Positions 22,630 through 33,147 of a stretch of DNA of 64,000 nucleotides are shown piece after piece. Origin of the DNA: an uncultured Candidatus Actinomarina sp. (GTDB lineage Bacteria; Actinomycetota; Acidimicrobiia; Actinomarinales; Actinomarinaceae); the NCBI GenBank assembly GCA_902533795.1, contig CACAND010000005.1:847-64846 (forward strand). Reading direction: 5' to 3'. The notes under the pieces are model-generated. The model was given only the letters and a program-made list of their open reading frames with translations, searched no databases and was not told where the DNA came from. Position 1 is the stretch's first letter. Every line of letters begins with the position of its first letter. The position numbers and the translations under genes were made by a program.

Positions 22630-22976
22630 TGGAAAACGAAACAATTACAGCAAAAAGCAAATATATTAGACAATCTCCTTACAAATTGAGGCTTGTCTTA
22701 AATTTAATAAGAGGTTTACCTGTTTCCGAAGCTCTAGATATTTTAAAATTCACAAAAAGAAAAGCATCTGATGAAATAACAAAAGTAATTCAAAGCGCAA
22801 TGGCAAATGCAGAAAACAACTTTGGATTAAATTCTAATGATCTATACATATCAAAAGCTATCGCAGATGAAGGACCTACGCTAAAAAGATTTAGACCTAG
22901 AGCAAGAGGAAGGGCCGGAAGAATAAATAAAAGAACCTCTCACCTAATAATTGAACTAGCAAGTACAGGGGAATAG
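22629..22976 (+). CDS. rplV: 50S ribosomal protein L22
   Basis: 115 aa, order. Confidence 0.93.
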   Translation: MENETITAKSKYIRQSPYKLRLVLNLIRGLPVSEALDILKFTKRKASDEITKVIQSAMANAENNFGLNSNDLYISKAIADEGPTLKRFRPRARGRAGRINKRTSHLIIELASTGE

Positions 22977-22978
22977 TT

Positions 22979-23869
22979 ATGGGTCAAAAAACACATCCTT
23001 ACGCATTTCGAATTGGAATAGTAAATGATTGGAAATCACGATGGTTCAGCGATAAAGACTATACAAAACTAGTCAATCAGGATTACAGGATAAGAGAGTT
23101 TTTATCTTCTCAACTAATTAAAGGAGCAGTATCAAGAATTGATATTGAAAGAACAAGAGATAAAGTACAAGTTGATATACATACAGCTAGACCAGGTGTT
23201 GTCATTGGTAGAAAAGGTGCGGAAGCTGATAGATTAAGAAAAGGGCTCGAGGATCTATCTAGTCAACCAGTAAAACTCAATATTATTGAAGTTAGAGAGC
23301 CTGAACTAGATGCTCAACTTTTAGCTAGAGCAGTTGCTGATCAACTTGAAAGCAGAGTCGCATTTAGAAGAGCCATGAAGAGAGCAGTTACCGGTGCATT
23401 AAAAGCAGGTGCAGAAGGTGTGAGAGTTGAATGCTCTGGAAGATTGGGTGGAGCTGAAATGGGAAGAAGAGAATGGTATCGAGAAGGAAGAGTCCCATTA
23501 CATACTTTACGTGCTGATATTGATTTTGGTCGAGCTGCTGCCCAAACTACTGTTGGATCAATTGGGGTAAAAGTTTGGGTGTATAAAGGTGATGTTGTAG
23601 CTTCTAACAAACTTAGACAAGACAAAATAGCAGCAGAAGCTAATTTAGCAAGTGGAGGCCCTACAGCAGGAAGAGTGAAGTCAGTAAAATCAAGAGTAGA
23701 AGCTGCTGTTGGGGAGAAAAAGAAATCAAAAATTTTAGAAGCTGGCGGAGGAAAAAAGACTAACGAATCATCTTCAAAAATAGTTGAAGCTGGCGGTGGA
23801 AATAAAATAAGACCAAATGAAGCAACCCAACAGTTTGAGCAAGAAAAATCAATATTGGAAGAAGAATAA
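22979..23869 (+). CDS. rpsC: 30S ribosomal protein S3 with ~70-aa repetitive C-terminal extension
   Basis: 296 aa; KH and S3-C domains then low-complexity tail with tandem [16 protein letters not shown] / [14 protein letters not shown]. Confidence 0.93.
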   Translation: MGQKTHPYAFRIGIVNDWKSRWFSDKDYTKLVNQDYRIREFLSSQLIKGAVSRIDIERTRDKVQVDIHTARPGVVIGRKGAEADRLRKGLEDLSSQPVKLNIIEVREPELDAQLLARAVADQLESRVAFRRAMKRAVTGALKAGAEGVRVECSGRLGGAEMGRREWYREGRVPLHTLRADIDFGRAAAQTTVGSIGVKVWVYKGDVVASNKLRQDKIAAEANLASGGPTAGRVKSVKSRVEAAVGEKKKSKILEAGGGKKTNESSSKIVEAGGGNKIRPNEATQQFEQEKSILEEE

Positions 23870-23871
23870 TT

Positions 23872-24282
23872 ATGTTAATGCCAAAGAAAACAAAACATAG
23901 AAAATCACATAGAGGCAGAAGAAGAGGTTTATCAAAAGGGGGCAATGAAGTAACTTTTGGAGATTTCGGTTTACAGGCAGTAGAAACATCCTATATTACA
24001 GCACGCCAAATAGAGGCAGCAAGAATTACAATAACAAGAACCATGAAGAGAGGTGGAAAAGTATGGATTAACATATTTCCACACAAGCCAGTTACTCAAA
24101 AACCAGCTGAAGTAAGGATGGGTTCAGGAAAGGGTAATGTAGAGTATTATGTTGCGGTAGTAAAACCTGGAAAAATAATATTTGAAGTCTCTGGAGTCTC
24201 TGAAGAAATTGCTAAAGAAGCTATGAGAAAAGCAGGACACAAATTACCAATTAAGACAAAATTTGTAAAGAGGAACATATGA
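23872..24282 (+). CDS. rplP: 50S ribosomal protein L16
   Basis: 136 aa [11 protein letters not shown]... Confidence 0.95.
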   Translation: MLMPKKTKHRKSHRGRRRGLSKGGNEVTFGDFGLQAVETSYITARQIEAARITITRTMKRGGKVWINIFPHKPVTQKPAEVRMGSGKGNVEYYVAVVKPGKIIFEVSGVSEEIAKEAMRKAGHKLPIKTKFVKRNI

Positions 24283-24497
24283 GCGTTAACGATTTAAAAG
24301 AATTATCAATAACCGAGTTAGAAAATAAGATTTTTGATCTAAAGCGTGAATTGATGGATTCAAGGTTTGCGTTGGCAACAAGTCAAATTGAAGACACATC
24401 TGTATTCAAGAAAATAAAAAAAGAAATTGCACAAGCCAATACAATTCTTAATCAAAAAGTTAAACAAGAAAGCATAAATCAGGATTCTAATGAATAG
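24279..24497 (+). CDS. rpmC: 50S ribosomal protein L29
   Basis: 72 aa, order. Confidence 0.9.
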   Translation: MSVNDLKELSITELENKIFDLKRELMDSRFALATSQIEDTSVFKKIKKEIAQANTILNQKVKQESINQDSNE

Positions 24498-24753
24498 TAT
24501 TGAGAGAACTTCTAGAAAAGTTAGAACAGGAGTAGTTGTCTCCGATAGTAGAGATAAGACTGTCACTGTATCTATAGAATTACAGTTTCAACATCCTAAA
24601 TATGGAAAAATTGTTAAGAAAACTAGAAAACTTCATGCTCATGATGAAAACTCTGAAGCAAAGGTAGGAGATACAGTAAAAATAACTGAAACAAAACCAG
24701 TATCAAAAACAAAAATGTGGAGAGTTGTTGAAATAATTGAGAGAGCCAGATGA
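24490..24753 (+). CDS. rpsQ: 30S ribosomal protein S17
   Basis: 87 aa, order. Confidence 0.93.
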   Translation: MNSIERTSRKVRTGVVVSDSRDKTVTVSIELQFQHPKYGKIVKKTRKLHAHDENSEAKVGDTVKITETKPVSKTKMWRVVEIIERAR

Positions 24754-25118
24754 TACAAAAAGAATCAAGATTAAAAGTTGCAGATAATTCAGGAGCTAAA
24801 GAAGTCCTTTGTATCAAGGTAAAAGGAAGTTCTAGGATTAGATATGCTGGATTGGGTGATGTATTTACTGCAACAGTAAAAGATGCTGTTCCAGGAGGTC
24901 AAATAAAAAAAGGTGATATTGTTCAAGCCGTTGTTGTAAGAACAAGTAAAGAAACCCGAAGAAAAGATGGAACATATATAAGATTTGATGAAAATGCTTG
25001 TGTTATATTAAATGACCAAGATCAACCACGTGGTACACGAATTTTTGGTCCTGTCGGAAGAGAATTAAGAGAAAAAAAATATATGAGAATAGTTTCGCTT
25101 GCACCAGAGGTTTTGTGA
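24750..25118 (+). CDS. rplN: 50S ribosomal protein L14
   Basis: 122 aa [18 protein letters not shown] canonical. Confidence 0.96.
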   Translation: MIQKESRLKVADNSGAKEVLCIKVKGSSRIRYAGLGDVFTATVKDAVPGGQIKKGDIVQAVVVRTSKETRRKDGTYIRFDENACVILNDQDQPRGTRIFGPVGRELREKKYMRIVSLAPEVL

Positions 25119-25420
25119 TGAAAATTCAAAAAGGTGACACAGTAAAAATAATTTCCGGAAAAGATAATGGTAAAGAAGGTAAAGTCTTACAAGTTTTTCC
25201 TAAGAAGAACCAAGTCTTGGTTGAAGGCGTAAATGTGAATAAAAAACATCAAAAACCACAGGGACAAACCATGCAGGGTGGTGTAATTGATAAAAGCATG
25301 CCAATTCATGTTTCAAATGTAGCACTAGTTGTCAAAAAAAAGAGTGGAAGAGTAAGATATAAGTTTGATAAAAATGGAAACAAATTTAGAGTACTAGCGC
25401 AAACTGGGGATGAAGCATGA
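25115..25420 (+). CDS. rplX: 50S ribosomal protein L24
   Basis: 101 aa KOW motif. Confidence 0.93.
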   Translation: MMKIQKGDTVKIISGKDNGKEGKVLQVFPKKNQVLVEGVNVNKKHQKPQGQTMQGGVIDKSMPIHVSNVALVVKKKSGRVRYKFDKNGNKFRVLAQTGDEA

Positions 25421-25962
25421 TTCCAAGACTAAAAAAACAATATAGAAATGTATTAATTGATGACTTAAAAAAACAATTAAATATAAATAATACAAATGCA
25501 GTGCCAAGTTTAGAGAAAATAGTAATAAATATTGGAGATGGAAAAGCAGCAACTGATGGTCGAGCACTTGAATCAATGGTTGATGAATTAACTGCAATAT
25601 CTGGTCAAAAACCAGTCATCAAAAGAGCAAAAAAATCAATTGCTGGTTTTAAGATCCGAGAAGGAATGCCAATAGGTGTCTCTGTGACTCTCAGAGGAAA
25701 TAGAATGTGGGAGTTTTATGATCGTTTTGTTCAAGTTGTTGTTCCAAGAATTCGTGACTTTAGAGGATTTAGCAAAAAATCTTTTGATGGCAATGGTAAT
25801 TTTTCTCTTGGACTTAACGAGCAGCTTGTATTTCCAGAAGTTGAATATGATAAAGTTAGGGACATAAGAGGTATGAACATAACAATTTGTACAACTGCGA
25901 GTGATAATCAAGATGGATATGGCTTACTTAATGCACTTGGGTTTCCATTTAGAGAGGAATAA
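25417..25962 (+). CDS. rplE: 50S ribosomal protein L5
   Basis: 181 aa, order. Confidence 0.95.
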   Translation: MIPRLKKQYRNVLIDDLKKQLNINNTNAVPSLEKIVINIGDGKAATDGRALESMVDELTAISGQKPVIKRAKKSIAGFKIREGMPIGVSVTLRGNRMWEFYDRFVQVVVPRIRDFRGFSKKSFDGNGNFSLGLNEQLVFPEVEYDKVRDIRGMNITICTTASDNQDGYGLLNALGFPFREE

Positions 25963-25964
25963 TT

Positions 25965-26270
25965 ATGGCTAAAACAAGCAAAATTGTTAAAAATAATAAA
26001 AGAGAACAAACTGCTAATTTTTATTCCTCAAAAAGAAAAGAATTATTAGACATTGTTAGAGATCCAGAATCTTCATACGATGAAAAAAGAGAAGCTCAAA
26101 AAAAGATTGCAAAAATGCCACGTGATGCATCAGCAACAAGACATCGAAATAGATGTCAAGTAACTGGAAGACCAAGAGGAAATCTAAGAAAGTTTGGCAT
26201 GTCAAGGAACACTTTCCGTGATTTAGCACTAAAAGGTGAGCTTCCAGGAATAAAGAAAGCATCTTGGTAA
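25965..26270 (+). CDS. rpsN: 30S ribosomal protein S14, long zinc-independent form
   Basis: 101 aa, no CxxC pairs. Confidence 0.9.
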   Translation: MAKTSKIVKNNKREQTANFYSSKRKELLDIVRDPESSYDEKREAQKKIAKMPRDASATRHRNRCQVTGRPRGNLRKFGMSRNTFRDLALKGELPGIKKASW

Positions 26271-26272
26271 AA

Positions 26273-26671
26273 ATGGTTAATGATCCAATTTCAGATTTTT
26301 TAACACGATTAAGAAATGCAACATTAGTATCAAAATCTAATGTAGAAATACCTCATTCAAAATTTAAGTATGAACTTGCGAAGCTATTTAAAGATGAGGG
26401 TTACGTAAGCGATATTGAAATAAAAGGTGAAGGTGCAAAAAGAGTCATTGACTTAACAATTAAATTTTCTGAAGAAGGCAAGTCAGTAATAGCTGGTTTG
26501 AATAGACTTTCAAAACCTGGAAGAAGAGTTTATTCATCTTTTAATGAGTTACCAAGGACTAATGGTGGACTAGGAACTGTGGTTGTTTCAACGTCAAGAG
26601 GCTTATTATCAGATTCCGAAGCTAGGAAAAGAAAACTAGGTGGAGAATTGATATGCGAGGTCTGGTCATGA
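26273..26671 (+). CDS. rpsH: 30S ribosomal protein S8
   Basis: MVNDPISDFLTRLRNA canonical N-terminus from ATG 26273; TTG 26264 overlaps the rpsN stop. Confidence 0.93.
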   Translation: MVNDPISDFLTRLRNATLVSKSNVEIPHSKFKYELAKLFKDEGYVSDIEIKGEGAKRVIDLTIKFSEEGKSVIAGLNRLSKPGRRVYSSFNELPRTNGGLGTVVVSTSRGLLSDSEARKRKLGGELICEVWS

Positions 26672-27222
26672 GCAGGATAGGAAATAAACCAATCGTTATT
26701 CCAGAAAATGTTGAAGTTAAATTAGATGATAAAAAAATATTTGTCAAAGGCTCAAAAGGAGAATTAACAACTGAAATTTTGGATGAAAGAATTAAGTTTG
26801 AAATCAATGAAGATGTTCTAAAATTTACTCGAGAATCTGAGGATAAATCTGTTAAAAGTTTACATGGATTGTACAGATCATTAGTTGCAAACAACATTAT
26901 TGGTGTAAGTGAAGGTTATTCAAAAACTTTAACTCTCCAGGGAGTTGGGCATAGAGTTACATTGAAGGGAAACGATTTAGAGATATTGTGCGGGTTTTCA
27001 CATCCAGTTTTATTTAAGAAAGTAGAAAGTATTTCATTTGAGGTACCAGATCAAAATACAATTATTGTTTCTGGAATAGATAAAGGTCTTGTAGGACAAG
27101 TTGCTGCTGATATAAGGTCTATAAAACCTCCAGAACCTTATAAAGGCAAGGGAATTAGATATCAAGACGAGTATGTTAGAAGAAAAGCTGGAAAAGCAGC
27201 TGTGGCAACTACAGGAGCTTAA
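26668..27222 (+). CDS. rplF: 50S ribosomal protein L6
   Basis: MSRIGNKPIVIPENV from ATG 26668 (ATGA overlap with rpsH stop). Confidence 0.93.
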   Translation: MSRIGNKPIVIPENVEVKLDDKKIFVKGSKGELTTEILDERIKFEINEDVLKFTRESEDKSVKSLHGLYRSLVANNIIGVSEGYSKTLTLQGVGHRVTLKGNDLEILCGFSHPVLFKKVESISFEVPDQNTIIVSGIDKGLVGQVAADIRSIKPPEPYKGKGIRYQDEYVRRKAGKAAVATTGA

Positions 27223-27223
27223 T

Positions 27224-27571
27224 ATGAGAAAATCAGATCAAAGATTAAAAAGAAAAGTTAGAATTCGAAAAAAAGTTTATGGTGATTCCAACAAACCACG
27301 TCTAGCTGTTTATAAAAGTAATAAAAATATCTATGTGCAAGCTATAGACGACTTGAATCATACAACTATTGGCTCAGCAAGCACTTTATCAAAAGAATTA
27401 AAGGTCGAAAGACTTACAATTGATGCCGCAAAAAAAGTAGGAGAACTTATGGGCGACATTCTAAATAAAAATAAAATAGAAGAAGCCGTTTTTGATCGCG
27501 GGGGATACATCTACCATGGAAGAGTCAAAGCTTTAGCTGATGGTATAAGAGAAAAAGGAATTAAATTTTAA
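27224..27571 (+). CDS. rplR: 50S ribosomal protein L18
   Basis: [17 protein letters not shown] from ATG 27224; the longer track ORF overlaps rplF. Confidence 0.9.
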   Translation: MRKSDQRLKRKVRIRKKVYGDSNKPRLAVYKSNKNIYVQAIDDLNHTTIGSASTLSKELKVERLTIDAAKKVGELMGDILNKNKIEEAVFDRGGYIYHGRVKALADGIREKGIKF

Positions 27572-28122
27572 TGGCAGAAGTAGAGTTACAAGAAAACGTA
27601 ATACACATAAACAGAGTTGCAAAAGTTGTTAAGGGTGGAAGAAATTTTGCTTTTACAGCTCTTGTAGCTGTTGGAGATGGAAATGGTAATGCTGGCATTG
27701 GCTACGGAAAAGGTTCAGAGGTTCCTTTAGCAATACAAAAAGCTATAGAAAATGCAAAGAAGAATATTCATCCGATACCAATGGCAGGCTCAACGATAGT
27801 TCATACTATAACTGGTGAACACGGATCTTCTAAAGTTTTACTTAAACCTGCAGCTCCTGGAACAGGGGTTATTGCAGGAGGCGCTGCTCGTCAAGTTTTA
27901 GAGGTCGCCGGAATTAAGGATATTCTTGCAAAATCTCTAGGATCTCCAACCCATTTAAATGTCGCTAAGGCAACATTAAACGGACTACTAGGTCAGCGAA
28001 CACCTGATGAGGTTGCAAAACTTAGAGGTAAGAAGGCTATGGAAATTGCACCAAAAGGATTGGTCGATGCTTATGAAAAAACAAAAGCAGAAAGAAAGCT
28101 TAGAGAAGATGCAAAAGGTTAA
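27571..28122 (+). CDS. rpsE: 30S ribosomal protein S5
   Basis: 183 aa, dsRBD plus S5 C-terminal domain. Confidence 0.95.
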   Translation: MAEVELQENVIHINRVAKVVKGGRNFAFTALVAVGDGNGNAGIGYGKGSEVPLAIQKAIENAKKNIHPIPMAGSTIVHTITGEHGSSKVLLKPAAPGTGVIAGGAARQVLEVAGIKDILAKSLGSPTHLNVAKATLNGLLGQRTPDEVAKLRGKKAMEIAPKGLVDAYEKTKAERKLREDAKG

Positions 28123-28291
28123 AATTACTTTGAGGAGATCTCTTATTGGTCAAGGATTTAAAGCTAAAGAAACTATAAAATCTTTGGGTCTAAAAAAAAT
28201 TAATTCATCTGTAGTTAGAGAGATGGATGATAGTCTTGCCGGAATGTTAGATAAAGTAAAACATCTAGTTGAAACAGAGGATGTAAAATAA
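28109..28291 (+). CDS. rpmD: 50S ribosomal protein L30
   Basis: 60 aa [15 protein letters not shown]...; ATG 28109 overlaps the rpsE 3' end; the track's 94-aa ORF is an upstream extension. Confidence 0.85.
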   Translation: MQKVKITLRRSLIGQGFKAKETIKSLGLKKINSSVVREMDDSLAGMLDKVKHLVETEDVK

Positions 28292-28741
28292 ATGAGTAAA
28301 ATAAAATTTCATCATCTTAAACCAACTCCAGGATCATCTAAATCTAAGCTTCGTAAAGGACGAGGAGAATCTGGTAAAAGAGGTAAAACTGCAGGAAGAG
28401 GAACTAAGGGTACAGGAGCGCGTAAAACAGTACCTGCTTACTTTGAAGGTGGTCAAATACCGCTTTATAGAAGAATACCAAAGTTAAAGGGTCTTAAAAA
28501 TACTCCAAAAATGTCATATGTTGTAGTGAATGTATCAGACCTTCAGGAAAAAAATTTAAAAGGAGATATTGATCCAGATGTCTTACAACAAAATGGTCTA
28601 ACAAGAAAAAAAGGACTAGTAAAAGTTTTGGGCAATGGAGATATCACGAATACTGTAAATATAAAAGTACATGCCGTCAGTGAGTCTGCAAAGAAAAAAA
28701 TTGAAGATGCCGGCGGGACTGTAGAAGTTATAGAGGTTTAA
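28292..28741 (+). CDS. rplO: 50S ribosomal protein L15
   Basis: 149 aa Gly/Arg-rich N-terminus. Confidence 0.93.
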   Translation: MSKIKFHHLKPTPGSSKSKLRKGRGESGKRGKTAGRGTKGTGARKTVPAYFEGGQIPLYRRIPKLKGLKNTPKMSYVVVNVSDLQEKNLKGDIDPDVLQQNGLTRKKGLVKVLGNGDITNTVNIKVHAVSESAKKKIEDAGGTVEVIEV

Positions 28742-28742
28742 A

Positions 28743-30056
28743 GTGAAGCTTTCAATTTTTAGATATATGTTTAAAATTCCTGATCTAAGAAAACGTATAA
28801 TTTTTACATTGATTATGTTTGGTGTGTATAGGCTGGGAGCTGCAGTACCAGTCCCAGGAGTTGACTTAGAAGCTGTACAAAGATTGACAGACTCAGGTTC
28901 ACAAGCCGGAATCTATGGCCTATTAAATTTATTTTCTGGAGGAGCCTTAGAAACATTTTCTGTTTTTGCACTTGGAATTATGCCCTATATTACTTCAAGT
29001 ATTATTCTTCAACTTTTAACAGTTGTTATTCCACGATTACAAAAACTTCAAGAAGAGGGCGAATCTGGTAAAAAAGTTATCACACAATGGACTAGGTATA
29101 TAACTGTTGTTTTAGCATTACTTCAATCGACTGGGTTAACCTACATTTTTTCAAGAGGAAGTTTAACAGGAGGAATATCTTTGATTCCAAACTATACCCC
29201 ATCAAGAGTTGGATTAATTGTACTAACTATGACTGCTGGGACAGCATTTATCATGTGGCTAGGAGAATTAATTTCACAAAGAGGGATTGGTAATGGAATG
29301 TCTTTAATTATCTTTGCAAGTATTATCAGCCAATTACCTGCAAGCTTTGGTGGAGCATACCAGGTTACTGCTGGTCAGGGAAGAATTGGTCAATTTAGCT
29401 TTCTTGTTTTAATGTTTTTTCTTATGATTGTAGGAATTATTTACGTTGAACAAGGTCAAAGAAGAATACCAATCCAATTTGCAAAAAGAGTTAGAGGAAG
29501 AAAAGTTATGGGAGGTCAAAGTACATATATACCATTGAAAGTGAACAGTGCTGGCGTGATTCCTGTTATTTTTGCTACGAGCGTTCTCTTCTTTCCAGCA
29601 TTAATAGCTACTTCACTTCCTCAAGATAATAATATTACCGCAGGAATAAGAAATTGGATTGATGTAAACTTAGCCAACTCTCAAGGAACTAGTTGGTTTT
29701 ATATATTCTTTTTAGGTATGTTAATAATTTTTTTCACCTATTTTTACACCACAATACAATTTGATCCAGTAAGACAATCTGACATGATAAGAAGACAAGG
29801 TGGTTTTGTCCCTGGTGTGCGTCCAGGTATTTCAACAACAAATTACTTGTCTCATATAATTAGCAGAATTACATTACCAGGTTCAGTATTTTTAGCATCC
29901 GTAGCAGTTTTACCCTCTATAGCTTCAGCAATTTGGGATATTCCTTTAGGTTTCAGTGGTATATCAATATTAATAACCGTTGGCGTGGCTCTTGAAACTA
30001 TGAAACAAATCGAAAGTCAATTAAGTATGAGAAACTACGAAGGATTTGTTGATTGA
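28743..30056 (+). CDS. secY: preprotein translocase subunit SecY
   Basis: 437 aa, 10 TM, spc-operon position. Confidence 0.95.
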   Translation: MKLSIFRYMFKIPDLRKRIIFTLIMFGVYRLGAAVPVPGVDLEAVQRLTDSGSQAGIYGLLNLFSGGALETFSVFALGIMPYITSSIILQLLTVVIPRLQKLQEEGESGKKVITQWTRYITVVLALLQSTGLTYIFSRGSLTGGISLIPNYTPSRVGLIVLTMTAGTAFIMWLGELISQRGIGNGMSLIIFASIISQLPASFGGAYQVTAGQGRIGQFSFLVLMFFLMIVGIIYVEQGQRRIPIQFAKRVRGRKVMGGQSTYIPLKVNSAGVIPVIFATSVLFFPALIATSLPQDNNITAGIRNWIDVNLANSQGTSWFYIFFLGMLIIFFTYFYTTIQFDPVRQSDMIRRQGGFVPGVRPGISTTNYLSHIISRITLPGSVFLASVAVLPSIASAIWDIPLGFSGISILITVGVALETMKQIESQLSMRNYEGFVD

Positions 30057-30598
30057 CGGATATCACTATTTTTCTTGGACCACCTGGTGCAGGAAAAGGG
30101 ACTCAAGCTGAAAAAATATCTGAAAAATTTAATATACCTCACATCTCTACTGGTGTGATGCTTAGAGAACATGTTGAGAACGAGACAGAATTGGGTCTTG
30201 TTGCTAAAGAAATATTGAATAAAGGAAATCTTGTTTCTGATGAGCTAGTTACTTCTATGCTTATTGAAAGATTAGAAAATGATGATTGTGAAAAAGGTGC
30301 AATTTTAGATGGTTTCCCTAGAACAATTACCCAAGCTGAAAGTCTTAACATCGAAGGCTTGAATATAAAAACTGTCATTTTATTTGAAGTAAATGAAACT
30401 GAGTTAATAAAACGAATGGTTGAAAGAGGCAGAGAAGACGACACAGAAGAGTCAATAAAGGTTAGGTTAGATGTGTATCGAGATGAAACTTTACCTTTAA
30501 TAAAATTTTATGATGATAAAGATGTACTAAAAACTGTTGATGCATTTGGAGATATAGATGAAATTTTCAACCATATCTCAGGTCTTATTAAAACATGA
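30053..30598 (+). CDS. adk: adenylate kinase (short form, no zinc lid)
   Basis: 181 aa, P-loop GPPGAGKGTQA. Confidence 0.93.
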   Translation: MTDITIFLGPPGAGKGTQAEKISEKFNIPHISTGVMLREHVENETELGLVAKEILNKGNLVSDELVTSMLIERLENDDCEKGAILDGFPRTITQAESLNIEGLNIKTVILFEVNETELIKRMVERGREDDTEESIKVRLDVYRDETLPLIKFYDDKDVLKTVDAFGDIDEIFNHISGLIKT

Positions 30599-31341
30599 TT
30601 ACATATAAATCAAATGATGATTTTATGAATATGAAAAAAGCAGGAAAAATAGTGTCCACTATTCATTCTGAACTTGAGAATATGTCTTCACCTGGAACAA
30701 GGATCGAAGAGCTAGACAAAAAGGCAGAAGAGATAATTACTAAATCTAACTCTATTTCTAACTTTTTCAATTACAGAGGATTTCCATCATATATATGTGC
30801 TTCTGTTAATGATGTTGTTGTACATGGGATACCAAAAAATTTTGTTATAGAAGAAGGTGATATTTTATCTATTGATGTTGGTTGTATAGTAAACGGTTAT
30901 CATGCGGATGCTGCATTAACTTATGGAGTTGGAGAAATCTCTGACGAAGATCAAAAATTAATTGATGTTACCAAGAAAGCACTTTATGAAGGAATAAAGC
31001 TTGTTAAGGATGGACAAAAACTTGGAACAATCGGAAATAAAATTGAAAAAATAGGAAATAAAAATTCTTATGGTGTTGTTAGAGAATATGTTGGTCACGG
31101 CATAGGGCTCTCGATGCATGAAGATCCACAAGTACCAAATTATGGTATCAAAAATAAAGGATTTACTTTAAAAACAGGTATGGCAATTTGCATAGAGCCT
31201 ATGTTTAATCTTGGTTCGGCAGAAACAAAAGTTGACCCCGATGGCTGGACTGTGAGGACAGTTGATGGAAAAAAATCTGCACACTGGGAGCATACAATAG
31301 GAATAATGGAGGATGAAGTATGTATTTTTACAGAAAGGTAA
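30595..31341 (+). CDS. map: type I methionine aminopeptidase
   Basis: 248 aa, metal ligands in DVGCIVNGYHADAA...HGIGLSMHE...EPM. Confidence 0.93.
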   Translation: MITYKSNDDFMNMKKAGKIVSTIHSELENMSSPGTRIEELDKKAEEIITKSNSISNFFNYRGFPSYICASVNDVVVHGIPKNFVIEEGDILSIDVGCIVNGYHADAALTYGVGEISDEDQKLIDVTKKALYEGIKLVKDGQKLGTIGNKIEKIGNKNSYGVVREYVGHGIGLSMHEDPQVPNYGIKNKGFTLKTGMAICIEPMFNLGSAETKVDPDGWTVRTVDGKKSAHWEHTIGIMEDEVCIFTER

Positions 31342-31412
31342 ATTTACGAAAAATGTTGGTAATACTTCATAATCTGACTAATCTAGTAAATCGGTCTTAA
31401 AATCGGGTCATT

Positions 31413-31637
31413 TTGGTAGAAAAAGAAAAAAATATAATTAAAGTCCAAGGGACTGTTAAAGAAACTCTCCCAAATGCCTCATTTAAGGTTGAACTTGAAA
31501 GTGGAGCTGAAATTTTAGCTCATGTGTCCGGGAAAATGAGAATGAGGTACATTCGTATTTTGCCCGGAGATGTAGTTGAAATGGAAGTTTCACCATATGA
31601 TCCCACAAGAGGTAGGATTACTTGGAGACATAAATGA
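31413..31637 (+). CDS. infA: translation initiation factor IF-1
   Basis: 74 aa S1-like OB fold; TTG start. Confidence 0.85.
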   Translation: MVEKEKNIIKVQGTVKETLPNASFKVELESGAEILAHVSGKMRMRYIRILPGDVVEMEVSPYDPTRGRITWRHK

Positions 31638-31750
31638 AAGTAAAAGCAAGTGTTAAAAAAAGAGGTCCTAACGACCAAATAGTACGTCGAAAAGGAAAGC
31701 TTTATGTTATCAATAAAAGAAACCCAAGACACAAACAGAGGCAAGGTTAA
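31634..31750 (+). CDS. rpmJ: 50S ribosomal protein L36, cysteine-less (zinc-independent) form
   Basis: Not in ORF track (38 aa): [38 protein letters not shown]; ATGA overlap with infA stop; the canonical Cys ligands are replaced by R/D/N. Confidence 0.85.
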   Translation: MKVKASVKKRGPNDQIVRRKGKLYVINKRNPRHKQRQG

Positions 31751-31752
31751 GT

Positions 31753-32130
31753 TTGGCTAGAATTTCAGGTATTGATATACCAAGAGAAAAAAGGGTGATT
31801 GCATCACTTAGATATATACATGGTGTTGGTGCAAAGAGAGCAGAAGATATCTGTAATGACTTAGAAATAAATCCAGATACAAGAGTAAACAACCTTACTA
31901 ATGATGAAGTCGCCAAGATAAGAAAATATATAGAATCAAATTTTAGAGTAGAAGGTGATCTACGTAGAGATGTATCTCAAAATATACGAAGAAAGACTGA
32001 GATTGGAACTTACCAGGGTATGAGACATAGAACTGGACTTCCAGTCAGAGGACAACGAACTCATACAAATGCGAGAACAAGAAAAGGTCCAAGATTTGCT
32101 ATTGCTGGTAAGAAGAAAGTAATGAAATAA
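31753..32130 (+). CDS. rpsM: 30S ribosomal protein S13
   Basis: 125 aa [14 protein letters not shown]...; TTG start. Confidence 0.93.
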   Translation: MARISGIDIPREKRVIASLRYIHGVGAKRAEDICNDLEINPDTRVNNLTNDEVAKIRKYIESNFRVEGDLRRDVSQNIRRKTEIGTYQGMRHRTGLPVRGQRTHTNARTRKGPRFAIAGKKKVMK

Positions 32131-32513
32131 TGGCAGAGCAAAAATCAAAGAAAAAAAATAAAAAAAATATTCCTTCTGGAATTGCACATATTAAAGCAAG
32201 CTTCAACAATACAATTATCAATATATCTGACACTAATGGAGAAACAGTAGTTTGGACATCAGGGGGTTCAGTTGGATTTAAAGGCTCTAGAAAGTCCACT
32301 CCTTATGCTGCACAGGTTGCAGCCGAAGAAGCTGTTAGAAGAGCAACTGAATTTGGAATCCATAAACTAGATATCATAATAAGTGGTACCGGTGCTGGAA
32401 GAGAAACAGCTGTAAGAACATTGCAAAACATGGGAATGGATGTTGGATCAATTAAAGATATTACGCCAACCCCACACAATGGATGTCGCCCTAAGAAAAG
32501 GAGACGAAATTAA
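32130..32513 (+). CDS. rpsK: 30S ribosomal protein S11
   Basis: 127 aa, order. Confidence 0.95.
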   Translation: MAEQKSKKKNKKNIPSGIAHIKASFNNTIINISDTNGETVVWTSGGSVGFKGSRKSTPYAAQVAAEEAVRRATEFGIHKLDIIISGTGAGRETAVRTLQNMGMDVGSIKDITPTPHNGCRPKKRRRN

Positions 32514-33127
32514 TGGCTAGATATACTGGGCCAAGAGTTAGAGTCTCAAGAAGATTAGGATTTAACGTATTTGAAAATAGAAAAGGCGATAAAGCTCTTC
32601 AAGACAGACCATACCCACCAGGGGAAAATGGTAAGAAAAGAATGAGAGAGACTGATTACGGAACTCAATTAAAAGAGAAACAAAAAGTCCGATATATGTA
32701 TGGAGTTCTTGAAAAGCAATTTAGAAATTATTACAAAGAAGCAACAAGGATGCCAGGCATAACCGGAGAAAATCTTCTTATTTTGCTTGAATCAAGAATT
32801 GATAATGTTATTTATAGAGCAGGATTTGCTGCTACTAGACCTCAGGCAAGACAATTAGTTTCTCATAGACACTTCAAACTTAATGGAAAATTAATTGATA
32901 TCCCTTCCATACAAATAAAGCCTGGAGATAAAATTGAACTTAAAGATCAAAGTAGTGACCTCATTGTAATCCAACATACTTTAGATACGGGACAAGACAG
33001 AGAAGATGCATCATGGTTGAAAGTAGATGAAAAGAAAAAAAGTATTGAAGTTTTGAATCAGCCAACAAGAAATGACGCTAGTCAACAAATTGAAGAACAA
33101 TTAATAGTAGAACTTTATTCTAAATAG
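32513..33127 (+). CDS. rpsD: 30S ribosomal protein S4
   Basis: 204 aa, S4 domain. Confidence 0.95.
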   Translation: MARYTGPRVRVSRRLGFNVFENRKGDKALQDRPYPPGENGKKRMRETDYGTQLKEKQKVRYMYGVLEKQFRNYYKEATRMPGITGENLLILLESRIDNVIYRAGFAATRPQARQLVSHRHFKLNGKLIDIPSIQIKPGDKIELKDQSSDLIVIQHTLDTGQDREDASWLKVDEKKKSIEVLNQPTRNDASQQIEEQLIVELYSK

Positions 33128-33147
33128 AATATAAGAAAGGAAAACAC

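Noticed and set aside
28007-28108. Long N-terminal extensions given by the ORF track for rpmD (28007), rplR (27173), rplF (26653), rpsH (26264), rplJ (7027), fusA (16302), secE (4800), tsaE (40893), aroH (45603), DAHP synthase (46086)
   Set aside because: The extensions overlap the preceding gene or tRNA/terminator and the extra residues do not match the conserved N-termini. Internal ATG/TTG starts with canonical N-terminal sequences were used instead.
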